Shown here: positions 1 through 11,168 of the stretch, one piece after another
Layout: the number at the start of each line of letters is the position of its first letter
How positions within the stretch are numbered: position 1 is the first letter of the stretch
From: Lytechinus pictus
Lineage: Eukaryota
NCBI RefSeq assembly: GCF_037042905.1
Contig: NW_026974140.1
Location: 870,001 to 934,000, forward strand
Length of the DNA stretch: 64,000 bases
Direction of reading: 5' to 3'
Position numbers and translations under genes: made by a program
The notes under the pieces: generated by a model
What the model saw: only the letters and a program-made list of their open reading frames with translations
What the model was told of the DNA's origin: nothing
The model's database searches: none

Positions 1-77
1 GCGTGTTTCGGAATTACGAACCTTCGGAATAAAGAACCTTCGGAATTACGAACCTTCGGAATTACGAAGTGTAACCG
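1..77. mobile_element. Right end of foldback MITE (ACGAACCTTCGGAAT repeats)
   Basis: Identical to 23713-23789 and followed by TACATGTG, the TSD seen around the complete copy. Confidence 0.85.
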
Positions 78-829
78 TACATGTGTAGTAGACAGAGCAG
101 TTTATTTCGTACATTATTTTTTAGAGTAGATTGAAATTCTTTACATAATGATACGAAGATTGAATTGACTGTTTACGTTTTCTTAACAATGCATCAAAAA
201 CTCTGAATAAGAATAGATATATAATGGATAAAAAAAAGTTTAATGAAAGGTATTAAGCTCTACAGCTAGAGCATGAATATCACAAGTAATACGTCAAATA
301 TATTTCTGAAAGAAATTAAATAATGATTCTATCATAAAATAGTAATATTAAACAAATGATAATAGCTTGCAATGTATATAGTGCTTACTACAAAAATGTA
401 ACTTAGTGCCTATGGAAATAGGTGGAAAGAAAAAAGATATTCAGCAAAAATGATATTATATAATTTAAATTTGATAAATTATGGAGCTGCATACGCTAAG
501 AAAAATGACCGTTTAATGAACAAAGAGGTTTTGAAATTAAAATCATGAGGCTTCAAACATTGATTGTTGATTAAAAAAAAATGGGTATACAATAGACACG
601 AATCATAAGAATTACCAAGTCCATCTCATGCCAAACTTAGTTAAGCATGAGAAAAATGTTGCTTATACCTCTCACGTCCCTGCTTATACATTAGCCCACC
701 ATGTGTGTCATTTATATCCTGGAATTCCCAGAAGTCCCAAACGTTTTTTCAAACAAGAAAAATATTGTGAATTTTGGTTTTAAAAAGCAAGATGGTCATT
801 TGATCACTAATAATAAACTGGAATGCATG

Positions 830-2420
830 AAAACATCCTATCAACTAAGCTACCATTTTTTATCACAAGTATCCACTTTTATGCATAAATAATCCAATGG
901 AATGCTTAATACCCGTAACACACCGTCCTTTTTTATTGACAACAGAATGCTGGCAGGAATTCATCAAAGAGGGGAGCAACGGATACCTGCAATGAGGATC
1001 AAAACAAAATATATATTAGAAAATGTGCTCTTCGGTATTCTTTCTGGAAATATATCTTCATTGATTAAACAATTACCCCATAATATCTCCATTACCGGAA
1101 TAAGCAAAATGCACTTTTTTCAATTTTTCATTTCTCCTGCAATAGGAAAGTTAGCAGATTATCTCAGTATTTGTGTCTCCTTCAGTGAACTCTTTAAAAT
1201 TGTCTTATTGCACATATCAAGAGTATAAAATTACAAGAAAATTTGACTAACAGCAAGAATGAAAAGGGATGAAATACAGTATGTAGGAGACAATATATTT
1301 TTTTTCATTATCACATACCTCTAGTAGGTGTTGAATACAGAGAATATCAAATTGAAAACTGAGTGAATATACCAACCTATACATTTACAGAGGACCTGTT
1401 CTTCCTGTTAAGTACAGGGCTTGTTCCCCACCAGGACTCCTGATGTAGACATGGCCCCAATCGATATCACCTAAGACTCTTGGAAACATGCAGCAATCAT
1501 CAAATTGTCGCTGGGTGGTTTCAATTTCTCGTTCATTAACTGTCTGTTACTTCTTGCTATTGCCTCAGAAAAATCGTTGATGATTCTGCACACGGATGAC
1601 TGTGATATAGTTGCTTCTTCTGCATGCATATTCTAAAAGGTACCTTTAGTTATGATTGATAAGTGATGTTATGTAATTGATTTATTGATATGAAAGCTAA
1701 TTATTTCTGTAAAGCATGTGCATTTAGTCATGTAGATGTCACATCCACACTTTTCCTTTTCTCAAGTTATTAAATGAAACTTTTCCAATTTTCATACGTG
1801 AGTGTACAAGGGTTCCTTATTTGCTCTGGCGACAATTATTTAATGGAAAATCTGCATGCCAAGCAAAACATAAAACCTAATTTCATGACTAGATACTTCC
1901 TAATCCTTGATCTTTACATTATTCTGAACTTGCGATAACTATCATAAATATATAATCTGCAGTCAACCCCATTTTTACATTCCTGGAGGAAAAAAAAGAA
2001 CGATTATAATTTCATATCACTAACAACAAGAGAACAAGTGGGGATATGAATATTGCATATTCATGAGGATACACAGAACCGTTTCCCCCAAATAATGTAA
2101 AACTTTAAAATTGAATAAGTTCATAATTCTCCATCCAATTTTGATGGTTTTTGCTAGTCAGATATTTCTTTATCAATATCTTATTATTTTTGGCCTGGAG
2201 AATCGCTTTCATAGAACATAATTTGAACCCCCCCCCCCCCCACTACCTTCTGCTATATAGTTGGCACATGCAAAATCACCAATGGCATAAAAACAAAATC
2301 CTGTCAAAACCTGTAACTAACAGGCAATGTGTCGTTCCTCTCTGGTGGTACCCGACTCTGAAAGGTTCATCCTCGTAGCATTCAAATGAAATCTTACTGT
2401 CTCTTATTCCATGCAGTGGT
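830..2420 (-). pseudogene. Decayed, intron-containing PIF/Harbinger (HARBI1-like) transposase fragments
   Basis: Manual minus-strand translation gives RDSKISFECYEDEPFRVGY (~2360-2415), QVLTGFCFYAIGDF (~2270-2312), GTF*NMHAEEATISQSSVCRIINDFSEAI...FPRVLGDIDWGHVYIRSPGGEQALY/NRKNRSSVNV* ending at a GTTGGT donor (1377), and an acceptor TTGCAG|G-YPLLPSLM at 986. These match the Harbinger motifs LRFYATG, ISQSSVSR, GAIDCTH, NRKGxxSxNVQ and GYPLxPWL. Stops and frameshifts are present. Confidence 0.75.
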
Positions 2421-4849
2421 GTTGCTGAATCTGCATGGAAGTTGAAAGATTGTGTTGAAGAGTTACCATGAATGGGTAGTTTATTCTTTTAATTACATTT
2501 AATTCAAAAGTGTTTAAAATGAGGAACAGAATGACAAAGATTCTACAGAAATCCTTAAAAAAGATAGGGAGATAAAAAATTCTAATTGTCATGTACGAGT
2601 AGCTTTTCTATTGGCCTACTTGTAAAAGTTAAAAAAAAACTGCTAATTGTTGCTGATCATTATTCATCATTGATCAAATCATACACGTCTTATAGATGCT
2701 TCTATGAAAATTAATTAACTGAATCACTTTCAATTGGCTTTAATAAGGAAGGCACTTTAAGGAACTTTGTTTACACAAAAAGAGATTATTGCTTGTGACT
2801 TTCGAATAAAACATTTTCATGAATCTTCATCAAAGTCTCATTAAACATTGCTGCTCTCCTTCAGACAAAATTAGATGCTAAGATCCAGTAGTACTTGTGT
2901 TGGCAGGGGTATTGTAGACAACAAAAATTCAATGAAAAACACACGAAAATCACTGCCTGGTAATTACTAGTATCGACCATTCAATCATGTCCACATATAG
3001 TGGAGCGGTTATGTGACAAAAAATGGCCAAGATGAAAAATCATTAAATGTCAATTTCTTGAGTTTTACATGGCTTGTGACACTGAAATTTGGCATATAGG
3101 GGAATTTTGAGGCACTGATTTCAAATATTGCCGGCTCCCAGCAATTTGACCATTTAGTCGGCGGCAAAATGGCCGCCATCTTGAAATCCAAGATGGCAGC
3201 CATGAAAAATCATTAATTGTCATTTTCTTGAGTTTTACATTATATGTGACACTGAAATTTGGCATATTGGCTTAATTCGCGGTGCTGATTTCCAATATTG
3301 CCGGCCTCAAGCGATCTGACCATCGGTTCAGCCGCCATTCGAAATCCAAGATGGCCTCCATGAAAAATCATTGAACTAATTTTCTTGAATTTTACATAGT
3401 ATGTGCCACTGAAATTTGTAGTATATCGGTATTTGGGTGAGTTCATTAAAAAAATTGCTGGCTCCAAGCAATCTGACAATTGGTCGGCGGAAAAATGGCC
3501 ATCATCTTGAATTCGAAGCTGGCTGCCATAGAAATATTGCAATTATTTCGTTGAGTTTTATAAGATCTGCGGTATTGCACTTTGACATATAGAAGTAGTG
3601 TGGGGAGCTTATTTCAAATATTGCTGGCCCCTCAGCTATCTGATCCCCTGAGTCAGGGTTATACGGGCCAAAGATATTCATTCGAGCCAACCCATTTAAT
3701 TCTCAATTTTTAATTTTGATATTGCTGATTGCCAAAAATTAATGAATATGATTGATAATCTTCCTTTTTTCAAATTGGAAAGATATATCACCACTTTGGA
3801 ATTATTTTTATACTGGCGGGAGAAGTATTGCCATTGTACTGTCTCAAGTGATGAATTTGATCCTGTCAGGTGTAGTCTTTATAAATGCCGATTTATTTTT
3901 AAAATGAGCTGGTCAAGGTACCCTTTTCTGGTCAGATATAGAATGTCAGACATATATCATATCCACTAGACAGGTAGTAAACATTCAATTCTCGAATTTC
4001 ATCCTTATTTTTTTTAGAGCGCCTCTTTAACACACGAGTCTATGGGAAATGTTTTAGGCCCGTAATACCTCAGCTGCAAAATGGCAGCCATCTTTAAATC
4101 CAAGATGGCTGCCGTAACAAAAATCATTACAAAAAGTCAAGTATCCTAATTATAACGTAGGTATTATTTTGAAATTTGGCATCTTCGGGTATTGAAATTT
4201 CCCCCCAGTAATCTGTCCAATAGATATGCTGCAAAATGGCCACCATCTTGAAATCTAGAGAGGCTCGACTGTCATGAAAATTCATTAAAATAATTTTCTT
4301 GAGTTTTAAATGATTTGAGGCACTGCATTTTAGACACACAGGCAGGTTTTGGCCTGCTGGTTTTAGAATATTGCTGCCCTAGTAATTGATCCACCGGGTC
4401 AGCTGAAAATGACCGCCACTTTGAAATCTAAGATGGCTACTACGAAATATCTTTCAAAAATGTTTTCCTGAATTCTACATTACCTGTGACACTGTAAATT
4501 GGTATTATGAAGCAAAAACTTGTATTGTATGTTAATTTTAAACATGGATAGATAATGAACATATGACACATAACACACTTTATATGCCATTTTAAATTCC
4601 CATTTGAGCAATCATGACACAAAGGACATGATTACCTAGCTTAGTTCTAAATATTGATTATTGTGGGGGAAAATAAGTACAATATGATAGCATGAATCAA
4701 AATTCATGTATAGTATAACTGATGGTAATCCATTTATTATTGCTATCAATCATTTATATGCTAGACAGATCTCCAGGAATTACTTTGGAACGATTTAATT
4801 GATAACCATCGTGTGTTCGACTATCTGACAATGTGAGCATGTTCGCCTC

Positions 4850-5562
4850 ACAATCGGGAGATCAAGCTCCGACAGCATCAGACCAAAAGATGTTAAAAGA
4901 GAGGAGTTGCTTCTACCCTGTTTGGCGGTCAACGAATTAAAGGGGAAGTTCACCCTGACAAAAAGTTAATTGAAACAATAACATAATAAATAATGAAAAA
5001 AGTATTGAAGGTTTGAGGAAATTCCATCAAATATTTAAAAAGCTATTGGAATTTCATTTGGTGTATTTGTGACGTCAGATGCAAGCAGTTCCCCCATGTT
5101 TCCTATAGTACAAAAATCAATGAAATGTAGCCTCCTAAAAAATGAAAATGTTTTTTTATTAAACCCTCAGTATATCAACACACAAATCATTTCACACCCG
5201 CTCCAGAAAGAAAAAAAATACCCATGATGAACCATTTATGCATTTTATATCACACAACATAATGGGGCAGCTGCTCGTACAGTATATGACGTCACAAATA
5301 AAAAACTTAAAATTCTAATATCTTTGATGGATTTACCAATATATTTTTTATATCATATTTTCTTGTGTTTTTACAACAAACTTTTCTCCGGGGTAAACTT
5401 CCCTTTTTAAGGGATAGAGCAACGTCTGATGTGGCGCTGCTAAGTTGTTGCTGGGCTCTCGATCTACAGGGTATGGGCAAAATAAATTTTCGGAGCATTT
5501 CTGTTACTGAATTCTATTTTGAACAATAAAATATGTATTATTATCATCATCATCATCATCAT
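4850..5562 (+). mobile_element. SINE-like fragment (Nin-domain-like core, (ATC)n tail) interrupted by a MITE
   Basis: The core CAGACCAAAAGATGTTAAAA...TTGCTTCTACCCTGTTTGGCGGTCAACGAATTAA resumes as GGGATAGAG after the 4941-5406 insertion and ends in AATAAA plus (ATT)(ATC)n. The family was assigned from memory of the SINE consensus. Confidence 0.5.
4941..5406. mobile_element. Kolobok-type MITE with TTAA TSD
   Basis: TTAA|AGGGGAAGTTCACCCTG...CCGGGGTAAACTTCCCTT(T)|TTAA. A duplicate lies at ~28651-29116. Confidence 0.75.
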
Positions 5563-6288
5563 GCCACTATATAACCATCAGTACTCCAAGTCTGGAGCAG
5601 TTTTCTTCATGTCGATTTGTAATAAAATATCGCAATTATTGGAGCATTATTCTGAAACCTGCCTGTTTGTCTAAAATTAAGTGCCTCAAATTATTTAAAA
5701 CTCAAGAAAATGACATTTAATGATTTTTCATGGTGGCCATCTTGGATTTCAAAATGGCGGCCATTTAGCCGCCGACCAAGTGGTCAAATGGCTGGGGCTG
5801 GCAATATTTGAAATCAGTGCCTCAAAATGCCCTTATATGCCAAATTTCAGTGTCACATGTCATGTAAAATTCAAGAAATTGACATTTAATGATTTTTCAT
5901 GGTGGCCATCTTGGATTTCAAAATGGCGGCCGACCCGAAGGCCAAATCACTTGGGGCCGGCAATATTTGAAATCAGCACCACAAATTAAGCCTATATGCC
6001 AAATTTCAATACCGCAGATCATATAAAACTCGAGAAAATGATTGCAATAATATATCATGGCGGCCATCTTGGATTTCAAGATGGCGGCCATTTTGCCGCC
6101 GACCAAATGGTCGAATTGCTGGGGGCCGACAATATTTGAAATCAGTGCCTCAAAATGCCCTTATATGCCAAATTTCAGTATCACATGTCATGTAAAACTC
6201 AAGAAATTGACATTTAATGATTTTTCATGGTGGCCATCTTGGATTTCAAAATGGCGGCCGACCCAACGGTCAGATCGCTTGGGGCCGG

Positions 6289-9164
6289 TGTACCGGCGGA
6301 TCCTGCGCCTGGCAGATACTGTTCTAGGCACCAAATCCGCCGGCGGATATGGTTCTCCTCCGGCGGATTCAGTACCAAAAAAGGCCACTCCCTTCGGAAG
6401 ATATCGTTCTTGCGCTATCGCGATATCCTTCATTCATCACGTTCACACGTCATGCATGCACGCGCAACAGAAGTACAGGCGATATTGAGGGATCCAAATC
6501 TCTCCTTTTTTTTTAAGGAAATGTATTTTTCATGATCATTTATGGTGTGGTGGGTGTGAGGCATCTGTGACAGCTAGAGCAAAGTTTGCGTGAGTTAAGT
6601 TTAGGGAATGTGGAGAGCTGCTATGTGGGAAAAGAATTCCTTTGAATATGAAAGGAATGGTGTATAAGAGTTGTGTAAGATCGGTGATGTTATATGGGAA
6701 TGAGACATGTGTTTGAACAAAAATAAGATTGGGATCTTAAGGAGGGCAAGGAGAGAGCAAAGGTGAGAGTGATGTGGGATGAAGTTGATGGACAGGAAGA
6801 AGACTGAGGACTTGATGAAGATGTTAGGGTTGGAAGAAGCGAAGGACCAGTTGGCAAAGGCGAACGTCGTGCGTTGGTATGGGGACGTGCTGAGGAGGGA
6901 TGATGGGCATGTGTAGAGAAGGGCTCTTGAGTCAGCGGCGTAGCAGGGGGGGGGGGCAAGAGCCAAAATTTTTGTGTAATGAGGCGACTATTTTGAAAAG
7001 GCCAGATATTGCAGCGTATCGGGCATAATTTATCTTTAAAAAAAAGTGAGCGAAGCGAAGAGAATAATATTTTCACTCTTCTCTCTTTAGATTCCTTTTT
7101 TTTTTGGTGGTCTGAAGGCCACTGTGAACAGGATTCTGCGGCAGTAGCGTGAAGTGTAAAAAAAAAACGAGGGGCGCAGTATAGCACATGAGCTAAAAAG
7201 CTGCTTTATATAAGTCCCGAACGAAGCCAGCGAGAAAAAAAATCACCTTTTCATGATAATACTACTAATAATACTTCCCTTATATAGCGCATAAAACTGA
7301 AAGTTTCTCTACGCACTTTATAATAAATGAAACAAAATTCACATACTGCACACAAAGAAGAATCTAACTTTGAGCTATTTTTTGGCATTATATTCAGTAA
7401 ATAAAATCATATTCTACACTTTTCCTTTGCTTTTCTTTCCTCCTTTCTTTTTGTTCTTGTTTGTAGAACTTTTTGGGACCATAGCCCAACCCTTCCATAC
7501 GCAGTGCTGTGCGGTTGGGGTCCGGAATTTCTTGATATCAAAGCCATTTAAACCTCGCAGATTGCCGCTATTTTAATCAAATCGCGGGCATGTACACGAT
7601 ATAGCTTTTACACAACACATTTATTCAACCCAGTTGCGTAATGAACCAAATATTTTGAGGGGCAAAACATAGTAATGTGGGAAAAATCTGTAAAAAGTCG
7701 CAAAGCGATCGAGCTGGAAAAAATGCCTTTTGAAATTAAATTCTAATTATGTAATTGATTTTTCCATTAGATTCAGCAAATAACAAATTTCATTGTTTCC
7801 ATTCATTTCATTATACCTCGTTTCCTTTAATTTATTTTATTTATCTTGGGTGTGGAACCAAGACCCCCCCCCCCCCCCCCCCCGGCGCATGTGCAATAAT
7901 TGAACGTGATTGTGAACGGGAAGCGTTATAGAGCAATTTGAGGTTCAGTATAAATGAAGAGCCCCTACTGTGTGGGGTCTGGGGCAAAGCCCCGGTAGCT
8001 TATTTACATAAAATTTAGCTAGCTTATAGCACAATGTTGTATGCACTCCATCTTTCTTCCCGCTCTTTAATTTCAATCATCGGAAGCCCGGTCGTGTTAT
8101 TTTTTTTTTCTTGTCTCTTTTCTTTGTTTTCCAAAAATTAGCTTTTGACTAATTGCGTTTTACCTTCGTTTCGCGCTATTGTTTGCCATTTTGTCATTTT
8201 TTTATTTATTTCCCATCGTGCTATTGTATTACATATGCCTGTTTTGGAATGATTTGTTCTTTCTCAAATGTTCTTCTTTCGTTCATTTTCCCGATTTCCT
8301 TCCTTTTCCATTAAAAAGGGTTTTTTTCTTCGTTTTCTTTTCACTTTTTCCTTTCCTTTTCCCCTCATTCCCCTTTCCCTTTCTTCCTCCCTCCTTTTTT
8401 TTTCTTTACCGTTTTTCTTTTATTCCTGGTGAAATCCGCCAGGGGGCAACTCCCCCCCCCCCCGCCTGTTACGTCATGAATATCCATTAGGTGGACTGAT
8501 GATGTCACATCTCCACTTGTTCTTTTGTAATTTATTATATGAAATTAGGTTTATTCAAATTTTTTCCTCCAAGAACTAGAAAATTTGGATTGACAACTGA
8601 TTTAGTGCATTAGATATTTATTGCTGCAACTTATTTCATTATAAGGGAGACATATAATTCACACAAATATGAAATAAATGAAAAAAAATATGGTTTTGTG
8701 TGATAACATAAGAAAACGGAAAATGGGGATGTGACATCATCAAAATCTGATAATAATAAATAGCAAAGTTTTGGCGCATGTGCCAGGTCTATGTATACAT
8801 GATATATCGAGTCATTGTTTCTCCTATTCCCTCACCCCCATCGAGCCCTTCGTCAAAAGCTGTATGGATCCGCCCCTGAATAAAAATTCACTAAAAGTCT
8901 AAAGGCGGACGAAAATCCCCTCCCCCCATTGGTAACGACATTGCCAGAGCCGCGCATGCGCGCGCTACCGAGGTTGGACGTCTGTCCAAATAAATATTAC
9001 ACGTATCGTCAATAGAACCAAATCCGCCGAGGAACCAAATCTGCAAACATCAAGCCGCGTCAAACCCGGCGGATATGGTTCCGATTAAAAACGATATCGG
9101 CCATTAAGAACGATATCTGCCGGCGGATACGGTATCCGCCGGTGGAACCGAATCCGCCGCTACA
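6289..9164. mobile_element. Non-autonomous DNA transposon with TGTA..TACA ends and CCGG TSD (Ginger-like), containing nested fragments
   Basis: CCGG|TGTACCGGCGGAT...ATCCGCCGCTACA|CCGG. Removing it restores the host repeat GGGGCCGGCAAT..TTTGAAATCAG. Subterminal AATCCGCCG/CGGCGGAT repeats are present. Confidence 0.8.
6549..6931 (+). mobile_element. RTE-clade LINE fragment (region C-terminal to the RT), disabled
   Basis: Translates as GGCEASVTARAKFA*VKFRECGELLCGKRIPLNMKGMVYKSCVRSVMLYGNET...GMKLMDRKKTEDLMKMLGLEEAKDQLAKANVVRWYGDVLRRDDGHV*RRALE, matching the RTE motifs MLYGSETW and LRWYGHVxR. Confidence 0.85.
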
Positions 9165-9489
9165 CCGGCAATTTTTGAAATCAGCGCCCAAAAATACCCC
9201 TGTATGCCAAATTTCACACTTTCTGCCAGATTCGAGCATCTTTTTCACATATCTACTGGACTAATAGACCACCTGCACGTTAATTGCATCTCGCACTGCA
9301 CTGCAATGTTCATCTGATATGAACACACACACAAATACAAGGCTGGGACTGACCAGCTTAGAGACGCGACGATAACAATGATTCAGATACCATATCAAGT
9401 TTTGGAGTATACTTTTTTGGAAAGTTAAAGCTATCAATAATAGTTACAGATGGAACTGAAGGCTCCGTTATGATAGCTCCAATAAATTA

Positions 9490-9856
9490 TATAATTTACT
9501 TACAATCTCGCTCGAAGTCGTGAAATTGAAGCTTTAAATAAGCCGATCACACCGAATCTGGTCTCTGTCCAAAAAAAAAAATTATTGCGGCAAACTTTTC
9601 GGCAATCGCAATGCTGCTCTCTTATTGGTTAAAATCGTGAACTAACTTTAACCCACCGATTTAGTCAACCCCATAAGAGCTGACTAAATCGTGACGTCAA
9701 ATGACGCGTTTTATACCCCGGTATAATTTAGTCCACCTTTGTGAATCGCAAAAGTTAGCCCCTAGGTGCTAACTTTAGTCCATGGATTAAAATGACGTCA
9801 AATGACACGTTTTATACCCCGGTATAACTTTAGTCGACCTTTGTAAATTCGGGCCA
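9490..9856 (-). mobile_element. Harbinger-type terminus and putative 5' leader
   Basis: Minus strand reads TAA|TGGCCCGAATTTACAAAGGTCG, with a duplicated subterminal block (TATACCGGGGTATA..TCATTTGACGTCA), a CCAAT and a GTAAGT donor at 9503-9498. A duplicate lies at ~33196-33562. Confidence 0.55.
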
Positions 9857-10614
9857 TTAGGATAGATTTGAATGCTTAGTGATAGTGCTCAGCATATTAA
9901 TTTGAAAAACTGAAATGTTTTCACTGCAGTCAATGTGATAAAAATCAAAATTTCTTGACATTCTCCATATAATGATACTTATTTGCATAATATGCAAATG
10001 AGGCAGATTTGCTAGCTTTTTTAAATAAAGACATTGAACTTATTTATTCATCATGAACTTTTGTTCAAAATTACTTGCTGTGGACATTTAATTTCTAGTC
10101 TTTGGATTAATTTCCTCATTTTCTATTTTTAAATGGCTAATTTGCATAATATGCAAATTAATTTTCAGGCATTGGGATGAATTATGAATTTATGATATAG
10201 TAGCATATCAATGTCAACATTAATGAAATGTTTTCAAGCAGTCTATATGAGAAAAATCACAATATCTTAAATTTTTTTCCATATAAGGATGCTTATTTGC
10301 ATAATATGCAAATGAGGTAGATTTTTTTTCACTTTTGATTGAAAACATTGAATTCAGTTATTCATCATGAATTTCCTTTCAAATTAAATTGTTTTTTACA
10401 TTTAATTTGTAATCTTTGAATAATTTCCCTTCTTTTTCTAATTTTTCATGACTAATTTGCATAATATGCAAATGTCATATATTCCACTGCTGGGATTTCT
10501 TGGGACTTTTAGTAAGTTGTTTAGGGGACCTTCCTAGAAAGCATTTCAGTGGAATATCTCGTGATGCAATTAGTGGTGGGTTACCCCCCTATTCTGGCTA
10601 GATTGACTGGACTA
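9857..10614. mobile_element. Truncated TAG..CTA-type element with ~157-bp repeats, each carrying the near-palindrome ATTTGCATAATATGCAAAT
   Basis: Ends in ACTGGACTA, the same terminus as at 9263. The motif occurs at 9981, 10140, 10295 and 10455. A duplicate lies at 33563-34320. Confidence 0.65.
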
Positions 10615-10619
10615 TTAAA

Positions 10620-10990
10620 ATGTATTCTGCCCTTTCTCGTGGAGCACTACGAGCTGGTTTAGCAGAGGAATTACCTGATGAACTATAACCTAGCTTCTTA
10701 GTAGGATCTGACCATGATGTCGTTGGTTCCCCCTCTTTGAAGTGTTGCGAACATATTCTTTCTTGGTAATTCGGCTTCCTATTATGGCCACCTTTAGTTT
10801 TTTTATTTACCAGCTTGGTCCACCTGCGTCGACCATCAGGATCTTTATTTCTGATGGAAAAGGAAATAGCTCAAAAGGCTTCTTGCAGATACAGCTTCCA
10901 AACTTGCGTCTATGTTTATCACAAAGCTTGATATACCAACGTTCTATCTTGTTGATGCTATTTGCACATCCAATAACACAAAAACAAAAA
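10620..10990 (-). pseudogene. THAP zinc-finger domain relic (transposase N-terminus, P-element/ISL2EU-type), frameshifted and truncated
   Basis: Reads CVIGCANS...CICKKPFELFPFPSE /frameshift/ KDPDGRRRWTKLVNKK...ERICSQHFKEGEPTTSWSDPTKKLGY, giving the THAP signature C..C, FxFP, W, CSxHF, PT. It is cut at 10614 by an insertion. Confidence 0.8.
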
Positions 10991-11168
10991 CACAAAACAC
11001 AATAGCTAAATACATGTTTAAAATATTACTGAAAAAAAGACTCGATTCAGCATTTATATATTTTTTTTGTAAGCAAGCCCTACGGTATGAGACAATATTA
11101 AAACAGTTTCATGCCAATTTTCTTTTTGTTCCCACTACCGTCTGATCCTCTCCTTTATACATTGTATC

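Larger units (their letters stand above)
2998..9263. mobile_element. Non-autonomous foldback DNA transposon with TAG..CTA ends (Academ-like), containing nested elements
   Basis: Left end TAGTGGAGCGGTTATGTGACAAAA aligns with the reverse complement of the right end, TAGTCCAGTAGATATGTGAAAAAA. 3-bp TSD ATA at 2995-2997 and 9264-9266. The arms are oppositely oriented ~170-bp repeats containing AAAATGGCGGCC/CAAGATGGC. Confidence 0.7.

Noticed and set aside
701..1228. Plus-strand ORFs of 63 and 108 aa
   Set aside because: No recognisable motifs; the coding signal here is the minus-strand Harbinger relic.
3009..6535. Recurrent MAAILDFKMAAIL ORFs as a peptide gene family
   Set aside because: They are translations of the palindromic AAGATGGCGGCC repeat on both strands.
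8179..8490. Hydrophobic 'membrane protein' ORFs (also 7370..7576, 20783..21049, 61166..61351)
   Set aside because: They are low-complexity pyrimidine tracts within repeats or LINE 3' UTRs.
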